Made by a program: the position numbers and the translations under genes
Shown here: one piece after another, positions 41,350 to 50,715 of the stretch
How positions within the stretch are numbered: position 1 is the stretch's first letter
Layout: the number at the start of each line of letters is the position of its first letter
The notes under the pieces: model-generated
Database searches by the model: none
The model's input: only the letters and a program-made list of their open reading frames with translations
What the model was told of the DNA's origin: nothing
NCBI GenBank assembly: GCA_021793315.1
Contig: JAJYSZ010000002.1
Span: 14,823 to 78,822, forward strand
Direction of reading: 5' to 3'
DNA: 64,000 nt
DNA from: Bacillota bacterium
GTDB lineage: Bacteria > Bacillota > Sulfobacillia > JAJZYS01 > JAJYTV01

Positions 41350-41376
41350 ATAAAACCCGCTCCCAGAGCGGGTCTC
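41350..41376 (-). terminator. Intrinsic terminator on the minus strand (CCCGCTC-tggga-GAGCGGG followed by TTTTAT)
   Basis: Hairpin read directly from the sequence: a GC-rich 7-bp stem, a 5-nt loop and a T-tract. Confidence 0.5.
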
Positions 41377-41483
41377 AGCCCTGAGCCGGCGAAACCGTGT
41401 GTCAGCGTTGCAGTGGCATCCGTCCGTTGACCCGTGTACAACACGCGTGTGACTCTGGGGATGATGAAGGGGAGACCCGGAAC

Positions 41484-41618
41484 TTGAAGGCATACTCGTC
41501 CAGAGAAATAATCCGGATGCTCAAGCACGACGGTTGGTTCCTCGACTACGTGCGGGGTGATCACCATTGTTTTCTGCACGGAGCGCTCTACTGCGCTCCG
41601 GCGCCATGTCCACCGTGA
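41484..41618 (+). CDS. Truncated HicA-like toxin ORF (about 45 aa)
   Basis: Translation KAYSSREIIRMLKHDGWFLDYVRGDHHCFLH matches the HicA core. A TTG at 41484 follows GAAGGGGAG. The ORF terminates early and no HicB gene follows it. Confidence 0.35.
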   Translation: MKAYSSREIIRMLKHDGWFLDYVRGDHHCFLHGALYCAPAPCPP

Positions 41619-41672
41619 GACCGGGTCTCCGGCGACGCAGTGTCCAGGCCATGAACCTGTGCCCACAGCGCC

Positions 41673-42329
41673 TTACGATCTGACGGCCACCGCGTGCACT
41701 GCATAGCGCTGGCCGTCGAACGCGAGGCCGTTGATCTGCTGGCCGTGGCCCGCACCGCCGTCGATGCCGATTTTGCCCTGGCCGAAATAGATCCCGGGAG
41801 ATCCGTGGAGCCGCTCACAGGGCGTGTGGCCGAAGATCACCGTGCGCCTGAGGTCCAGCGTCCGGGAGAGAAACGGTTCGCGCATCGTGGTGAACTCGTC
41901 GCGCGTCGAGGCGCGCCAGTCCGCGAGGTCTGGGTTGAAGCCCGCGTGGACGGCGATGAAGTCCTCGTCCTCGTACCAGAGCGGCAGCCGGCGCAGGAAG
42001 GGCGCAAGATCCGGCATGTCGCGGGCGACCTCCGCAGCGAGCGCCTGGATGTAGGCATAGGTCGAGCTTAGCGCAGCGGCGGCGCCCGCGGACGTCAGGC
42101 ACTCGAGGAGCGCCAGGTCATGGTTTCCAACCAGCGCAGTGGCGCCGGCCGCGCAGAGATCTTGGATCGTGCGCAGACAGCGTACGTTCTCGCCCTGAAC
42201 TCCCACGTAGTCGCCGAGCAGGACCAGGCGGTCCTGCCCGGGCTCGTACCGCATGGCTGCGAGCAGGCGCGCAAAGGCGTCAACCTGGCCGTGGATGTCG
42301 CTGACGAAGAGGCACCTGCCTGTCAGCAC
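41673..42329 (-). CDS. Metallophosphoesterase (Ser/Thr phosphatase/ApaH-like)
   Basis: Motifs VSDIHG, GDYVGVQG and GNHD. GTG start at 42329. Confidence 0.8.
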   Translation of the reverse strand: MLTGRCLFVSDIHGQVDAFARLLAAMRYEPGQDRLVLLGDYVGVQGENVRCLRTIQDLCAAGATALVGNHDLALLECLTSAGAAAALSSTYAYIQALAAEVARDMPDLAPFLRRLPLWYEDEDFIAVHAGFNPDLADWRASTRDEFTTMREPFLSRTLDLRRTVIFGHTPCERLHGSPGIYFGQGKIGIDGGAGHGQQINGLAFDGQRYAVHAVAVRS

Positions 42330-42350
42330 GCCACCCCCTTATACCTGAGC

Positions 42351-44060
42351 CTACAGGATGGCACCGCGCATCCGCGCCCTCAGGCTCCACCACTGCACGA
42401 TGGCGAGAAGCAGCACCGTGACGAGCAGCGTGACCACCGCCAGCGCCGCGGCGTCGGGCATGCTTCCCTGGGTGTACTGCCCGTAGATGTAGGTCGACAC
42501 CAGGGTGGCGTTGGGCGGGCTCAGCAGCATCGGCACGACGAGGTCCCGCATCGAAACGGCGAACACCATCGTCCAGCCGGCCACCATTCCGGGTGCGAGC
42601 AGCGGTAGCATGATGCGGCGGGCAATCAGCCACGTTCCGCCCTGGTGCGCCCGGGCCGCGTCCCAGGTCGTCGGCGGCAGGCGGAACAGCGCCGCGCGGA
42701 CGTAGGTGAAGCAGAACGGGAAGAGCACGATGACGAAGCCGATCACCAGCATTCCGTTCGTGTCATAGGGCGTGAAGGGCAGCCACCTGGCGTTCCAAAA
42801 GAGGATGAGACCGATCGCGAGCAGGACGTCCGGGATGGCATTGGGCAGGAGGCCGAGCCACTCCGTCCAGCGCACGAGGCGAGACGGCAGGAAGCGAGCA
42901 ACCAGAGCCAGGAACAGCGAAAGCACGAGTGCGGCGCTCGCCGCGATCAGCGCCAGGCGCAGGCTGCTGAAGAGCGCCTGGCCTGCTCCACCGGACGGAC
43001 GGAAGATGTCCAGGTAGTGCACGATGGAGAGGTTCGCGAGCGTGGCGCCGTCTCCCTCGATGCGCAGGAGGGAGGTCACGAGCAGGCTGCCCATCGGAAT
43101 CACGACACTGGCGACTGCGATGACGCCGACGATCACGCCGGCCAGCCAGCGCGCCGCCGTCCCGGGGCGGGCCAGGCGGTGGGCTGCGCTACCGCTGTCC
43201 AGCACCAGGCGGGTGCGCCGCTGGTAGAGATCGTTGCCGAACCAGACGAGGAACACGACGGCGAGCAAAAGGGTCGAGAGCTGAGCGGCCACCCCGAAGT
43301 CGATCGGCCAGTTGGTCATCTTGAGGTAGATCGCGGTCGTGAGCACCGGGAACCGGACCATGCTGCCGAACACGAGCGGCGCGCCGAACTCCCCGATCGT
43401 CTTGACGAACACCAGGACCGTCGCGCCCAGCAGACCCGGCGCCATCACAGGCAGCCAGACGCGCACGACGCGGTACCAGAGAGGCGCCCCATGCGTCCGC
43501 GCGGGCGGGTCATAGCGCGTCCGCACCATCTCGATCACCTGCAGCGTCGCGAGTAGGGAGATGGGAAAGAGGTGCAGCGCCATGATCAACACGAGACCCC
43601 AGAGCGAGAAGAACGCCGGACCGAGCCCTGACAAGGCGGGGACAAGGTGGTCGAGGTAGCCGTTCGGATCCATGAACATGATCCAGCCCATCGACATGAG
43701 GTACGGCGGTCCCATGAAGGGGACGAGGCTCAAGACGCGCGCGATCGGATGCTGCGCGACGTCGAGGGCAGACAGGGCCCACGCCGCCAGGATCGCGAGC
43801 ACGGCGCTCAGGGCCGAGACCAGTCCTCCCAGCACGAGCGTGTCGCGCAGCGCCTGCAGAGTGTCCGGCGTGAAGAGGCGGACCCAGCGGTCCCCGAGGG
43901 GGGCGGCTTGTGCGAGCACCGCCAGCACGGGCGCCGCCATCAGGATCAGGAAGACAAGCAGGAGAAGCGGTCGCGGCAGGGCACGCACTGGGGCCACGGA
44001 TCCGCCCCGCCAGGACGGGAAGTCCTGGCGGGGCACGAGGCTACTGGAGCGCGCTGTCAA
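42351..44060 (-). CDS. Fe3+-type ABC transporter permease (two fused transmembrane domains, FbpB/AfuB-like)
   Basis: 569-aa protein with about 12 transmembrane helices and the duplicated EAA-loop architecture of iron(III) permeases. Confidence 0.8.
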   Translation of the reverse strand: MTARSSSLVPRQDFPSWRGGSVAPVRALPRPLLLLVFLILMAAPVLAVLAQAAPLGDRWVRLFTPDTLQALRDTLVLGGLVSALSAVLAILAAWALSALDVAQHPIARVLSLVPFMGPPYLMSMGWIMFMDPNGYLDHLVPALSGLGPAFFSLWGLVLIMALHLFPISLLATLQVIEMVRTRYDPPARTHGAPLWYRVVRVWLPVMAPGLLGATVLVFVKTIGEFGAPLVFGSMVRFPVLTTAIYLKMTNWPIDFGVAAQLSTLLLAVVFLVWFGNDLYQRRTRLVLDSGSAAHRLARPGTAARWLAGVIVGVIAVASVVIPMGSLLVTSLLRIEGDGATLANLSIVHYLDIFRPSGGAGQALFSSLRLALIAASAALVLSLFLALVARFLPSRLVRWTEWLGLLPNAIPDVLLAIGLILFWNARWLPFTPYDTNGMLVIGFVIVLFPFCFTYVRAALFRLPPTTWDAARAHQGGTWLIARRIMLPLLAPGMVAGWTMVFAVSMRDLVVPMLLSPPNATLVSTYIYGQYTQGSMPDAAALAVVTLLVTVLLLAIVQWWSLRARMRGAIL

Positions 44061-45033
44061 TGCTCTCGATGTAGGAGGTCTTGTGCTTCGCGAGATCGAC
44101 CCAGTTCACATTCCACGTGTTGATGCTTGAGAGCGCGGCCCGCGCAGGGTTCGCCGGATAGCCCTTGGCACCGGGAAGGAGGTAGTTCTTCGCGACGATC
44201 GCCTGGCCCGCGTCCGACAGGACGAAGTCCTCGAACAGGCGAGCGTTGGCCAAGTTGTGCGCGGACTTCAGGATCATCGTCGGACGCGGGTTGACCACGG
44301 TGCCTTCCTTGGGATAGACGATGCCTAGCGGCTCCCCCTTGGCGATGTCGGCGTAGGCCATGTAGTCGACGCCGGCCAGCACCATGTCCTTGGCGCCGGT
44401 GAGCACCTGGTTGAGCGCGTCGGCGTTGGCGCCCTGCACGACGGTGCCGTTCTCTCCGAGGTCCTTGAAGTAGTTCATGCCAAGCACCTGGGTCTGCAGA
44501 TAACCGCCGACGAAGTCCACGGCGGAGCCGGACTGCGCCGGATCCGGCATAACGATCTTGTTGTCCCACTGCGGGTTCAGCGCGGCCAGCCAGGTCTGCG
44601 GCGGATTCTTGACGAGCTTCGTGTTGTATGTGATGCCGAGCGCCGAGGCGCTGTAGGCGTAGTACATACCATCGGGGCCCTTCCAGATCGTGCGCTGCCC
44701 GTTCGTCGGGTGGAACGGCTGCAGCATGCCCTCCTGCTGCAACGCGTCGCCTGCGGACCAGTCGGCCAACATGACGACATCGGCATGGGGGTTGCTCTTC
44801 TCCGCTTGAAGCCGCCCGAGCACCTTGCCGGTGGTGCTCTGGAAAAGTTGCACCTGGATGCCGGTACGCTGCTCGAAGGCCTGGACAAGTTGATTGGCGA
44901 GACCGCCCGGGCCGGCACTGTACACCACAAGGCTGCCGCCGGACGCGGAGGCCGCCGCCGGATACGCGGACACGGCAAGGATCCCGAGGAGACCTGCCGC
45001 CGCCGCGGCGATACCCTTGATCCGCTGGTTCAT
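44041..45033 (-). CDS. ABC transporter substrate-binding protein (FbpA/AfuA-like, iron(III)-type)
   Basis: Signal peptide followed by a periplasmic-binding-protein fold sequence. Operon context with the permease and ATPase. Confidence 0.8.
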   Translation of the reverse strand: MNQRIKGIAAAAAGLLGILAVSAYPAAASASGGSLVVYSAGPGGLANQLVQAFEQRTGIQVQLFQSTTGKVLGRLQAEKSNPHADVVMLADWSAGDALQQEGMLQPFHPTNGQRTIWKGPDGMYYAYSASALGITYNTKLVKNPPQTWLAALNPQWDNKIVMPDPAQSGSAVDFVGGYLQTQVLGMNYFKDLGENGTVVQGANADALNQVLTGAKDMVLAGVDYMAYADIAKGEPLGIVYPKEGTVVNPRPTMILKSAHNLANARLFEDFVLSDAGQAIVAKNYLLPGAKGYPANPARAALSSINTWNVNWVDLAKHKTSYIESIDSALQ

Positions 45034-45049
45034 GGAAGGACCAACCTCC

Positions 45050-46156
45050 TCATTGCTGTTCGTCGGCCGAGTCGAACACCAGGCGCGAGCGATCGAGGCG
45101 TGCGCCTAGCCGCACCACCTCCCCTACGGCGATCGCCCGGTCGTGATAGACGGACAGCTCCCCGAGCCCAGTTACCTGGACACGCAATTCGTGTCGGCCG
45201 AGCACGAACTGGTGTCTGGTGACACGGCCTTCCCACTGGGGAGAACCCGGGTCGGCTGTTTCCAGCACCGTGACCGCCTCCGGCCTCAGCACAAGGTGAT
45301 CGCCCCCATACCCAGGCCGGTGGTTGCCATGCACTTCGGAAAGGTCCGTCCCATCGGGCAGGACGGGCCCTCCCCCGGCTCCGTCCAGGACCGGCAGCAG
45401 GTTCGCGCGGCCGACGAACGAAGCCACGCGGATGTTCTTGGGCCGGTCGTAGAGCTCGGCCGGCGTATCGTACTGGAGAGCTCGGCCAGCATCCAAGACC
45501 AGGATGCGGTCGGAGACCGCCATGGCCTCTTCCTGGTCATGCGTGACACTGAGCACGGTCATCGCGCTCTCGCGCAGGATGCCGACGAGCTCCTCGCGCA
45601 CACCGGAGCGAAGCTGGGGATCGAGGCCGCTGAACGCCTCGTCGAGCAGCACAAGTTTCGGGCGTGCCGCAACCGCCCGCGCAAACGCGGTGCGCTGCTG
45701 CTGCCCGCCCGAAAGCTCATGCGGCCTGCGGTGGCCGAGTCCTTCCATGCGGAAGAGCCGCAAGGTGTCCTCTGCCCGCGCCACGATCTCCGCGCGGGAC
45801 CAGTCTGCGAGTCCTCGGCGACGCCGGCTCCAGAGCGGGAAGGCGACGTGCTCCAGTACGCTGAGGTGTGGCCATAGGCCGAAGTCCTGGAAGACCATGC
45901 CGATGTCGCGCTCCTCCACGCGCCTGCGAATGCGGCGCGAGGAGGAGAAGAAGGTGTCATCAGCGCAGGCGATCTCTCCATCGTCCGGATCTTCTAGGCC
46001 TGCAACCATGCGCAGCAGGGTGCTCTTGCCTGCCCCGGAAGGGCCCAGAATGGATACGAACTCTCCCCCGCAGACGTCGAAGCTGACGCAGCTCAGGATC
46101 ACCTGGCTGCCGATCGATTTGCCGACATTCAGGACCGAGAGATATGTAGGTTGCAT
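45050..46156 (-). CDS. ABC transporter ATP-binding protein (FbpC-like, with a C-terminal TOBE-type regulatory domain)
   Basis: Walker A GPSGAGKST, signature LSGGQQQR and Walker B LLDEAFS. An AGGAGGAG site precedes the ATG at 46156. Confidence 0.85.
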   Translation of the reverse strand: MQPTYLSVLNVGKSIGSQVILSCVSFDVCGGEFVSILGPSGAGKSTLLRMVAGLEDPDDGEIACADDTFFSSSRRIRRRVEERDIGMVFQDFGLWPHLSVLEHVAFPLWSRRRRGLADWSRAEIVARAEDTLRLFRMEGLGHRRPHELSGGQQQRTAFARAVAARPKLVLLDEAFSGLDPQLRSGVREELVGILRESAMTVLSVTHDQEEAMAVSDRILVLDAGRALQYDTPAELYDRPKNIRVASFVGRANLLPVLDGAGGGPVLPDGTDLSEVHGNHRPGYGGDHLVLRPEAVTVLETADPGSPQWEGRVTRHQFVLGRHELRVQVTGLGELSVYHDRAIAVGEVVRLGARLDRSRLVFDSADEQQ

Positions 46157-46629
46157 CGCTCCTCCTATTGGCCGCATTATCCAGAAGGTTTGTGAAGACT
46201 GGGTTGCGCTCGGACTGCGGTTTCATGAAGGAAAGATGTAGCGTTTCCTCAGCCGGCGTACGCATGGCAGGCACGCTCTCAAGGCGACCGCCGCCGTCGC
46301 TTCACGAGCGCTCGTCTCGACCCCATCGAGCCCCCCTTTCCCCGACATGCCCAGGCCGCGTCCACCACGGCGGGCAGCGAGGTCGATTGGCCGGCATGCC
46401 ATCGCGGCCCATCATGCGGTCCGACAACTTCACACGCTCGCATCCCGAGTGGCGAAGGGACTGGCCCAATGAGGCAACCGGCGGCTGAGCCGCAAGGTGC
46501 CAATCCCTGCAGGGGACACCCCCTGGGAGATGGGAGGCTGATATGCGCGTAGACCCTTTCTCTCGAAAGGGTCTTCTCTCGTTTCTGGAGCGACGTGGGC
46601 GCGGGAGAAGGGATGCCATGTCGGGCGGA

Positions 46630-46930
46630 GCCGGGATCAAACGGCCCTCGCGGCGAGGGCCTGACAGACTCCGCCACCCCAACGAGATCGGCCCCGGCGT
46701 CTACGACATCCACTCGCCGCGCGTTCCCGATGCGAAGGAGATGGCGGGGCACCCGCGTGAGGCGCTCGGGGTGATCACACCGCATCAGCTCTGGGTGAAT
46801 CCGGATTGCGGTCTCAAGACAGGCCGCTTCGAAGAGGTGGTGCCGTCGCTGCGCAACATGGTGGCGGCCGCGCGGCAGCTGCGCGAGGAAACCGGTCTGA
46901 GAGCGTCCCGCATCGCGCGCAACTGGGCGA
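46630..46930 (+). pseudogene. metE: Remnant of the 3' end of metE (cobalamin-independent methionine synthase), about the last 100 codons only
   Basis: Translation ...[71 protein letters not shown] matches the strictly conserved MetE C-terminus ([13 protein letters not shown]...[11 protein letters not shown]). No upstream MetE sequence appears in any frame. Confidence 0.6.
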
Positions 46931-47386
46931 GCGCCCCCCGCCGATCGGGGAGGGCACAGCCGTCGCCGGCAAACGCGAGCGCGCGGGGCCCCTCTGGGAG
47001 TCCTCATGAGGCGGCGGCAGCCGCCGCCCTGACGCGCCAGATTTGGCCCGCCGCTCTCGTCGAGAGGGTGTCGAGATCTTGGCGACGTCAGACTCGCACT
47101 CCTCGATCGCCTGTCTCGTACACGAGGAGCGGCGCGTAGACGCGGTGCAAGCGCTGCGCCGGCAGTTTCATCTCAAGGTCTGATCGACGGAGTGTTGCAG
47201 AAGTGGTCCCGCGTCAGGGACGTGCTTTGGAGCGCGTCCCGTGAGCGATCTCGAGGTACGAGAGGCATCGTCGCCTGGCAAGGTCCCTCGGTTGGAGGCA
47301 GAGCTTGCGGTGAAGCCACGCGCCCCACCCCTTGTCCTGCCAGTCCACGCCAGGAGGGCGGACGGCCGCGACCTATTGGCCGATCC

Positions 47387-48562
47387 CTAGGCGCCCAGCT
47401 TTCGCACCGCGCCTGCGATCCGCTGCAGGCCTTCCTGCAGCACGCTGCGCGGGCAGGCGATGTTGATCCGCTCGAAGCCCTCGCCGCCAGGGCCGAAGAT
47501 GTGGCCGTCGTCCAGACCGACTTTGGCGTCCTCGCGCATGAAGCGCGAGAGTTCCTCGGTCTGGAGGCCGAGTTCGCGGCAGTCAAGCCAGACGAGGTAG
47601 GTGCCCTGCGGCTGCACCACCTTGATCTGCGGCGCCTCGCGCGCGAGGAAGGCCGTCAGGTAACGGAGGTTCGCGCTCAGGTAGCCACGCAGCTCGTCGA
47701 GCCACTCCCCGCCGTAGCGGTACGCGGCCTCCATGGCCACCAGGCCGAACGTGTTCGGGAGGGTGAGGTGCAGGCGGTCCAGGACCGAGTCGAACCTGTC
47801 GCGCAGCTCCTTGTTGGGGATGGTGATGACGGACGTCTGCAGCCCGGCCAGGTTGAACGTCTTGCTCGGCGCCGTGCAGACGACTGAATTCTGGGCGAAT
47901 TCCGGGCTGATCGAGGCAAACGGCGTGTGCACGTGGCCCGGCAAGAGCAGATCCGAGTGGATCTCGTCGGAGATGACGGTGATCCCGTGCTCGCAGCAGA
48001 TCTCACCGAGCTGCCGCAGTTCGCCCTGCGTCCAGACCCCGCCGACCGGGTTATGCGGGCTGCAGAGGATCATCAGGCGCGCGCCTTCGCGGGCCTTCCG
48101 CTCCAGATCGTCGAGGTCCATCCGATAGCGGCCGTTCTCAAAGATCAGGGGGTTGTTCACGATCTGCCGGTCGTTCTCGCGGATCGTAAACGCGAACGGG
48201 TGGTAGACAGGCGGCTGGATGATGACCTTGTCGCGCGGGGCGCTCAGGGCGTAGAGCAGAAAGGCAAGCCCAGGAACGACCCCGGGGCTGAAACGGATCC
48301 ATTCGCGCTCGATCGTCCAGTTGTGACGCGTGCGCGCCCAAAGTTCGATCGCCTCGTACACGCTGTCGGGGCGCGTTGTGTAGCCATAGACCCCATGCTG
48401 TGCCCGCGCGATGAGCGCGTCGACGACTGGCCGCGGCGCAGGGAAGTCCATATCGGCCACCCACATCGGCAACACTTCCCGCGACCCGTACAACTTCTCC
48501 ACGAGGTCCCACTTCACCGAACTCGTGTTCCTGCGATCGATGACCTGGTCGAATTGGCTCAC
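47387..48562 (-). CDS. PatB/MalY-type PLP-dependent C-S lyase (cystathionine beta-lyase-like aminotransferase class I)
   Basis: Contains SVKWDL...VLPMWVADMDF...SPHNPVGGVW...CTAPSKTFNLAGL. GTG start at 48562, 8 nt after AAGAGAGGAG. Confidence 0.85.
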   Translation of the reverse strand: MSQFDQVIDRRNTSSVKWDLVEKLYGSREVLPMWVADMDFPAPRPVVDALIARAQHGVYGYTTRPDSVYEAIELWARTRHNWTIEREWIRFSPGVVPGLAFLLYALSAPRDKVIIQPPVYHPFAFTIRENDRQIVNNPLIFENGRYRMDLDDLERKAREGARLMILCSPHNPVGGVWTQGELRQLGEICCEHGITVISDEIHSDLLLPGHVHTPFASISPEFAQNSVVCTAPSKTFNLAGLQTSVITIPNKELRDRFDSVLDRLHLTLPNTFGLVAMEAAYRYGGEWLDELRGYLSANLRYLTAFLAREAPQIKVVQPQGTYLVWLDCRELGLQTEELSRFMREDAKVGLDDGHIFGPGGEGFERINIACPRSVLQEGLQRIAGAVRKLGA

Positions 48563-48753
48563 AGGCCAGCTCCTCTCTTACGCCACGCCCGGTCCCTGTG
48601 CCGACGGACAGAGCATCGATGCATTGGTGCACCCGACGGCTAGCCGGAGAATATCGCCTGAGCCGCCTAGGTTCAACCCTTTTCCGCACATCTTCAGCGA
48701 TTTGGCCGGCAGCCAGAAGGCGGCCGGCCTGGAAGCTTGGCGAGGATGGGTAA

Positions 48754-49092
48754 AGGAGCGCGACCGACGCGCAAGATGATGGCGTCCTCGGACGAGATGC
48801 GCTCCAACGCGCCAAGAGGGGAACGCAGGGCCCGGCAAGGATCGCCGCGACGGCTTCGACCATGGCGAAGGGGCCCCTAACCGATCCCATGATGCAGGAG
48901 GTGCTCGGCAGGCACATGGGCGATGCCTGGTCGCTCCTCCTGGACCGCACCGCGTACGAGGACTTCGCCAACACCTGGCCCAGCCGCCCTCAAGCCAACC
49001 CCTTCGCGGAGGTGCTCAGCCGGGTCCAAAAGTTCGTCGCCTCCGAGACCCTTTCGGAGTCGCGTCGCCATTACGCGCTCCGCCTCATATAA
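48754..49092 (+). pseudogene. Fragment of a RibD C-terminal-domain (dihydrofolate-reductase family, YwjB-like) gene
   Basis: Translation LLLDRTAYEDFANTWPSRPQANPFAEVLSRVQKFVASETLSE matches the family core (LLGRKTYE.FA..WP....PFA..LN...KYVVS.TL). The N-terminal ~40 aa and the C-terminal half are missing. An AAAGGAG site at 48752 is not followed by an in-frame start. Confidence 0.35.
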
Positions 49093-49299
49093 CCTCACAG
49101 AGACGCGCTCGCGGGGAGTCAACCTTCGCGGACATGACAGCCGTCGCGTGGAGGGGCACCACGCGGGCGCGTCGCCGTCGCCGAAGTGGTGCCGAGCCTT
49201 GCGCTCGTGCCGGTGAACGACCTCAACCCGATGCCAGGGCTTCAGGGCAACCGCGCCGTCAACGGCTCTACATCTCAGCACCAAAGGCGGGTTGGGACC

Positions 49300-50226
49300 A
49301 TGCAGGCACGCACACCAACCAGCGCGCAGGGCATCGATGTCTCCTACGCGCAGGGAACGGTCTCGTGGGCGAAGGTCCGGGCTGCGGGCATCGACTTCGC
49401 CTACGCCCGGGCTACGCAAGGCACGACCATCCACGATAGCCAGTTCGCCCGCAACTGGCCCAACATTCGCGCGCACGGCCTCATGCGAGGGGCTTACCAC
49501 TTCGCTGTGCCGGGTACGGTCCTCGAGGATGCGCGCAGGCAGGCTGCGTGGTTCGTCCACGCCGTCAAGGAAGCTGGCGGCTATCAGACGGGCGATCTGC
49601 CTCCGGTATTGGACCTCGAGGAGAACCCGAACCACCTTGCGCCTGGTCCGCTGGCCAACTGGGCGCTTACGTGGCTCACTGCCGTGGACGCAGCACTGGG
49701 CACGCATTCCATGGTCTACGGGCCATGGTCGTTCCTTTCGGCGTTGCCCCGGGGCGCACTCGCGGATCGCAGGCTCTGGATCGCGTGGCCGGACACCGGG
49801 TCCATTCCGGGCAACCTGCCCAACTGGACCGAGTGGACCTGCATGCAATACACCTTCCACGGCGACGTGCCGGGCATCTCAGGCGCCGTAGATCGTGATG
49901 CATGGTGCCTACCCGCCGCAGGACTTGCGCGGGAGGTGGGCTTCACGACCAGTCCGACTCCCACCGGCCCCAAGGTGGTTCTGGCACAATCGCCGATCCT
50001 GCAGCCGATCGCGCAGCAGCTCGCCAAGGAGTACGGCTGGCAGGCGACCAGTTCGCTGGACGCGATCAAAGGCGCCGCGGCGGTCGTGTGCGTGGGTGGT
50101 ACGTCCGAGTTCATCGACCAAGCCAAGGCCGCGGCCGGCAGCGCCTGGCACACGCCCTTGGCCGGATCGAACCTTTGGCTTACGCTGCAACTCGTCGCGC
50201 AGGCCGGCCTTACAGGCAAGTTCTGA
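49300..50226 (+). CDS. GH25 muramidase (lysozyme). It has no signal peptide and carries a C-terminal domain of about 100 aa that I do not recognise.
   Basis: N-terminus reads GIDVSYAQGTVSWAKVRAAGIDFAYARATQGTTIHDSQFARNW...RGAYHFA, the glycoside hydrolase family 25 signature. ATG at 49300. Confidence 0.8.
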   Translation: MQARTPTSAQGIDVSYAQGTVSWAKVRAAGIDFAYARATQGTTIHDSQFARNWPNIRAHGLMRGAYHFAVPGTVLEDARRQAAWFVHAVKEAGGYQTGDLPPVLDLEENPNHLAPGPLANWALTWLTAVDAALGTHSMVYGPWSFLSALPRGALADRRLWIAWPDTGSIPGNLPNWTEWTCMQYTFHGDVPGISGAVDRDAWCLPAAGLAREVGFTTSPTPTGPKVVLAQSPILQPIAQQLAKEYGWQATSSLDAIKGAAAVVCVGGTSEFIDQAKAAAGSAWHTPLAGSNLWLTLQLVAQAGLTGKF

Positions 50227-50573
50227 TGCCAAGGACGAGGCGCAAAGGAACGCCGGCAAGTCCCGCACTGCTGCGCACACGGGCACTGGACTGGATCGCG
50301 TACACGCTCGTGACGCTGTACGTCGTGGCGGCCATCGTGATGGCACTGTGCGGCGTCTTCGCCCACGACGTCCTGACCTCGGGCGTGGTGACGGTCCTGA
50401 CCGACCTCGGCGAGTACGTCGCCATGCCAACCATCCTCGGGCTCGCCGGGATGAGCGCGGTCAACCAGATCTGGGGCGGTTCCTCGGATGCCACGACCGT
50501 GTCGCCCGTCCCCGGCACGATGGGCCGCGGCGAGACGCAGAACCAGGCAGTCTCGCCGCCCCCGCAAGATTGA
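50226..50573 (+). CDS. Holin-like small membrane protein with two transmembrane segments; its start overlaps the muramidase stop (TGATG)
   Basis: Translation MPRTRRKG...LDWIAYTLVTLYVVAAIVMALCGVFAHDVLTSGVVTVLTDLGEYVAMPTILGLAGMSAV has a charged N-terminus and two hydrophobic helices. It sits in a +1 frame relative to the lysozyme. Confidence 0.45.
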   Translation: MPRTRRKGTPASPALLRTRALDWIAYTLVTLYVVAAIVMALCGVFAHDVLTSGVVTVLTDLGEYVAMPTILGLAGMSAVNQIWGGSSDATTVSPVPGTMGRGETQNQAVSPPPQD

Positions 50574-50715
50574 AGGCCTTGCAGATCGCGATCCAGATCG
50601 TCACGTCTGGATACGCGACAACCTGGCCGAAGCCCGCCCCGACGGCGCAGATCGTCCCTGCCCGGATGGAGCGCACTAAGACCATCAGAGGCCGACTGTC
50701 CAGGCTTAGACACGG

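Noticed and set aside
41334-41666. 110-aa minus-strand ORF between the terminator and the phosphatase
   Set aside because: It has no motifs and overlaps the HicA-like fragment on the other strand and the terminator hairpin.
48138-48974. 278-aa minus-strand ORF
   Set aside because: It overlaps the PatB/MalY start and the DHFR-like fragment, and is low complexity.
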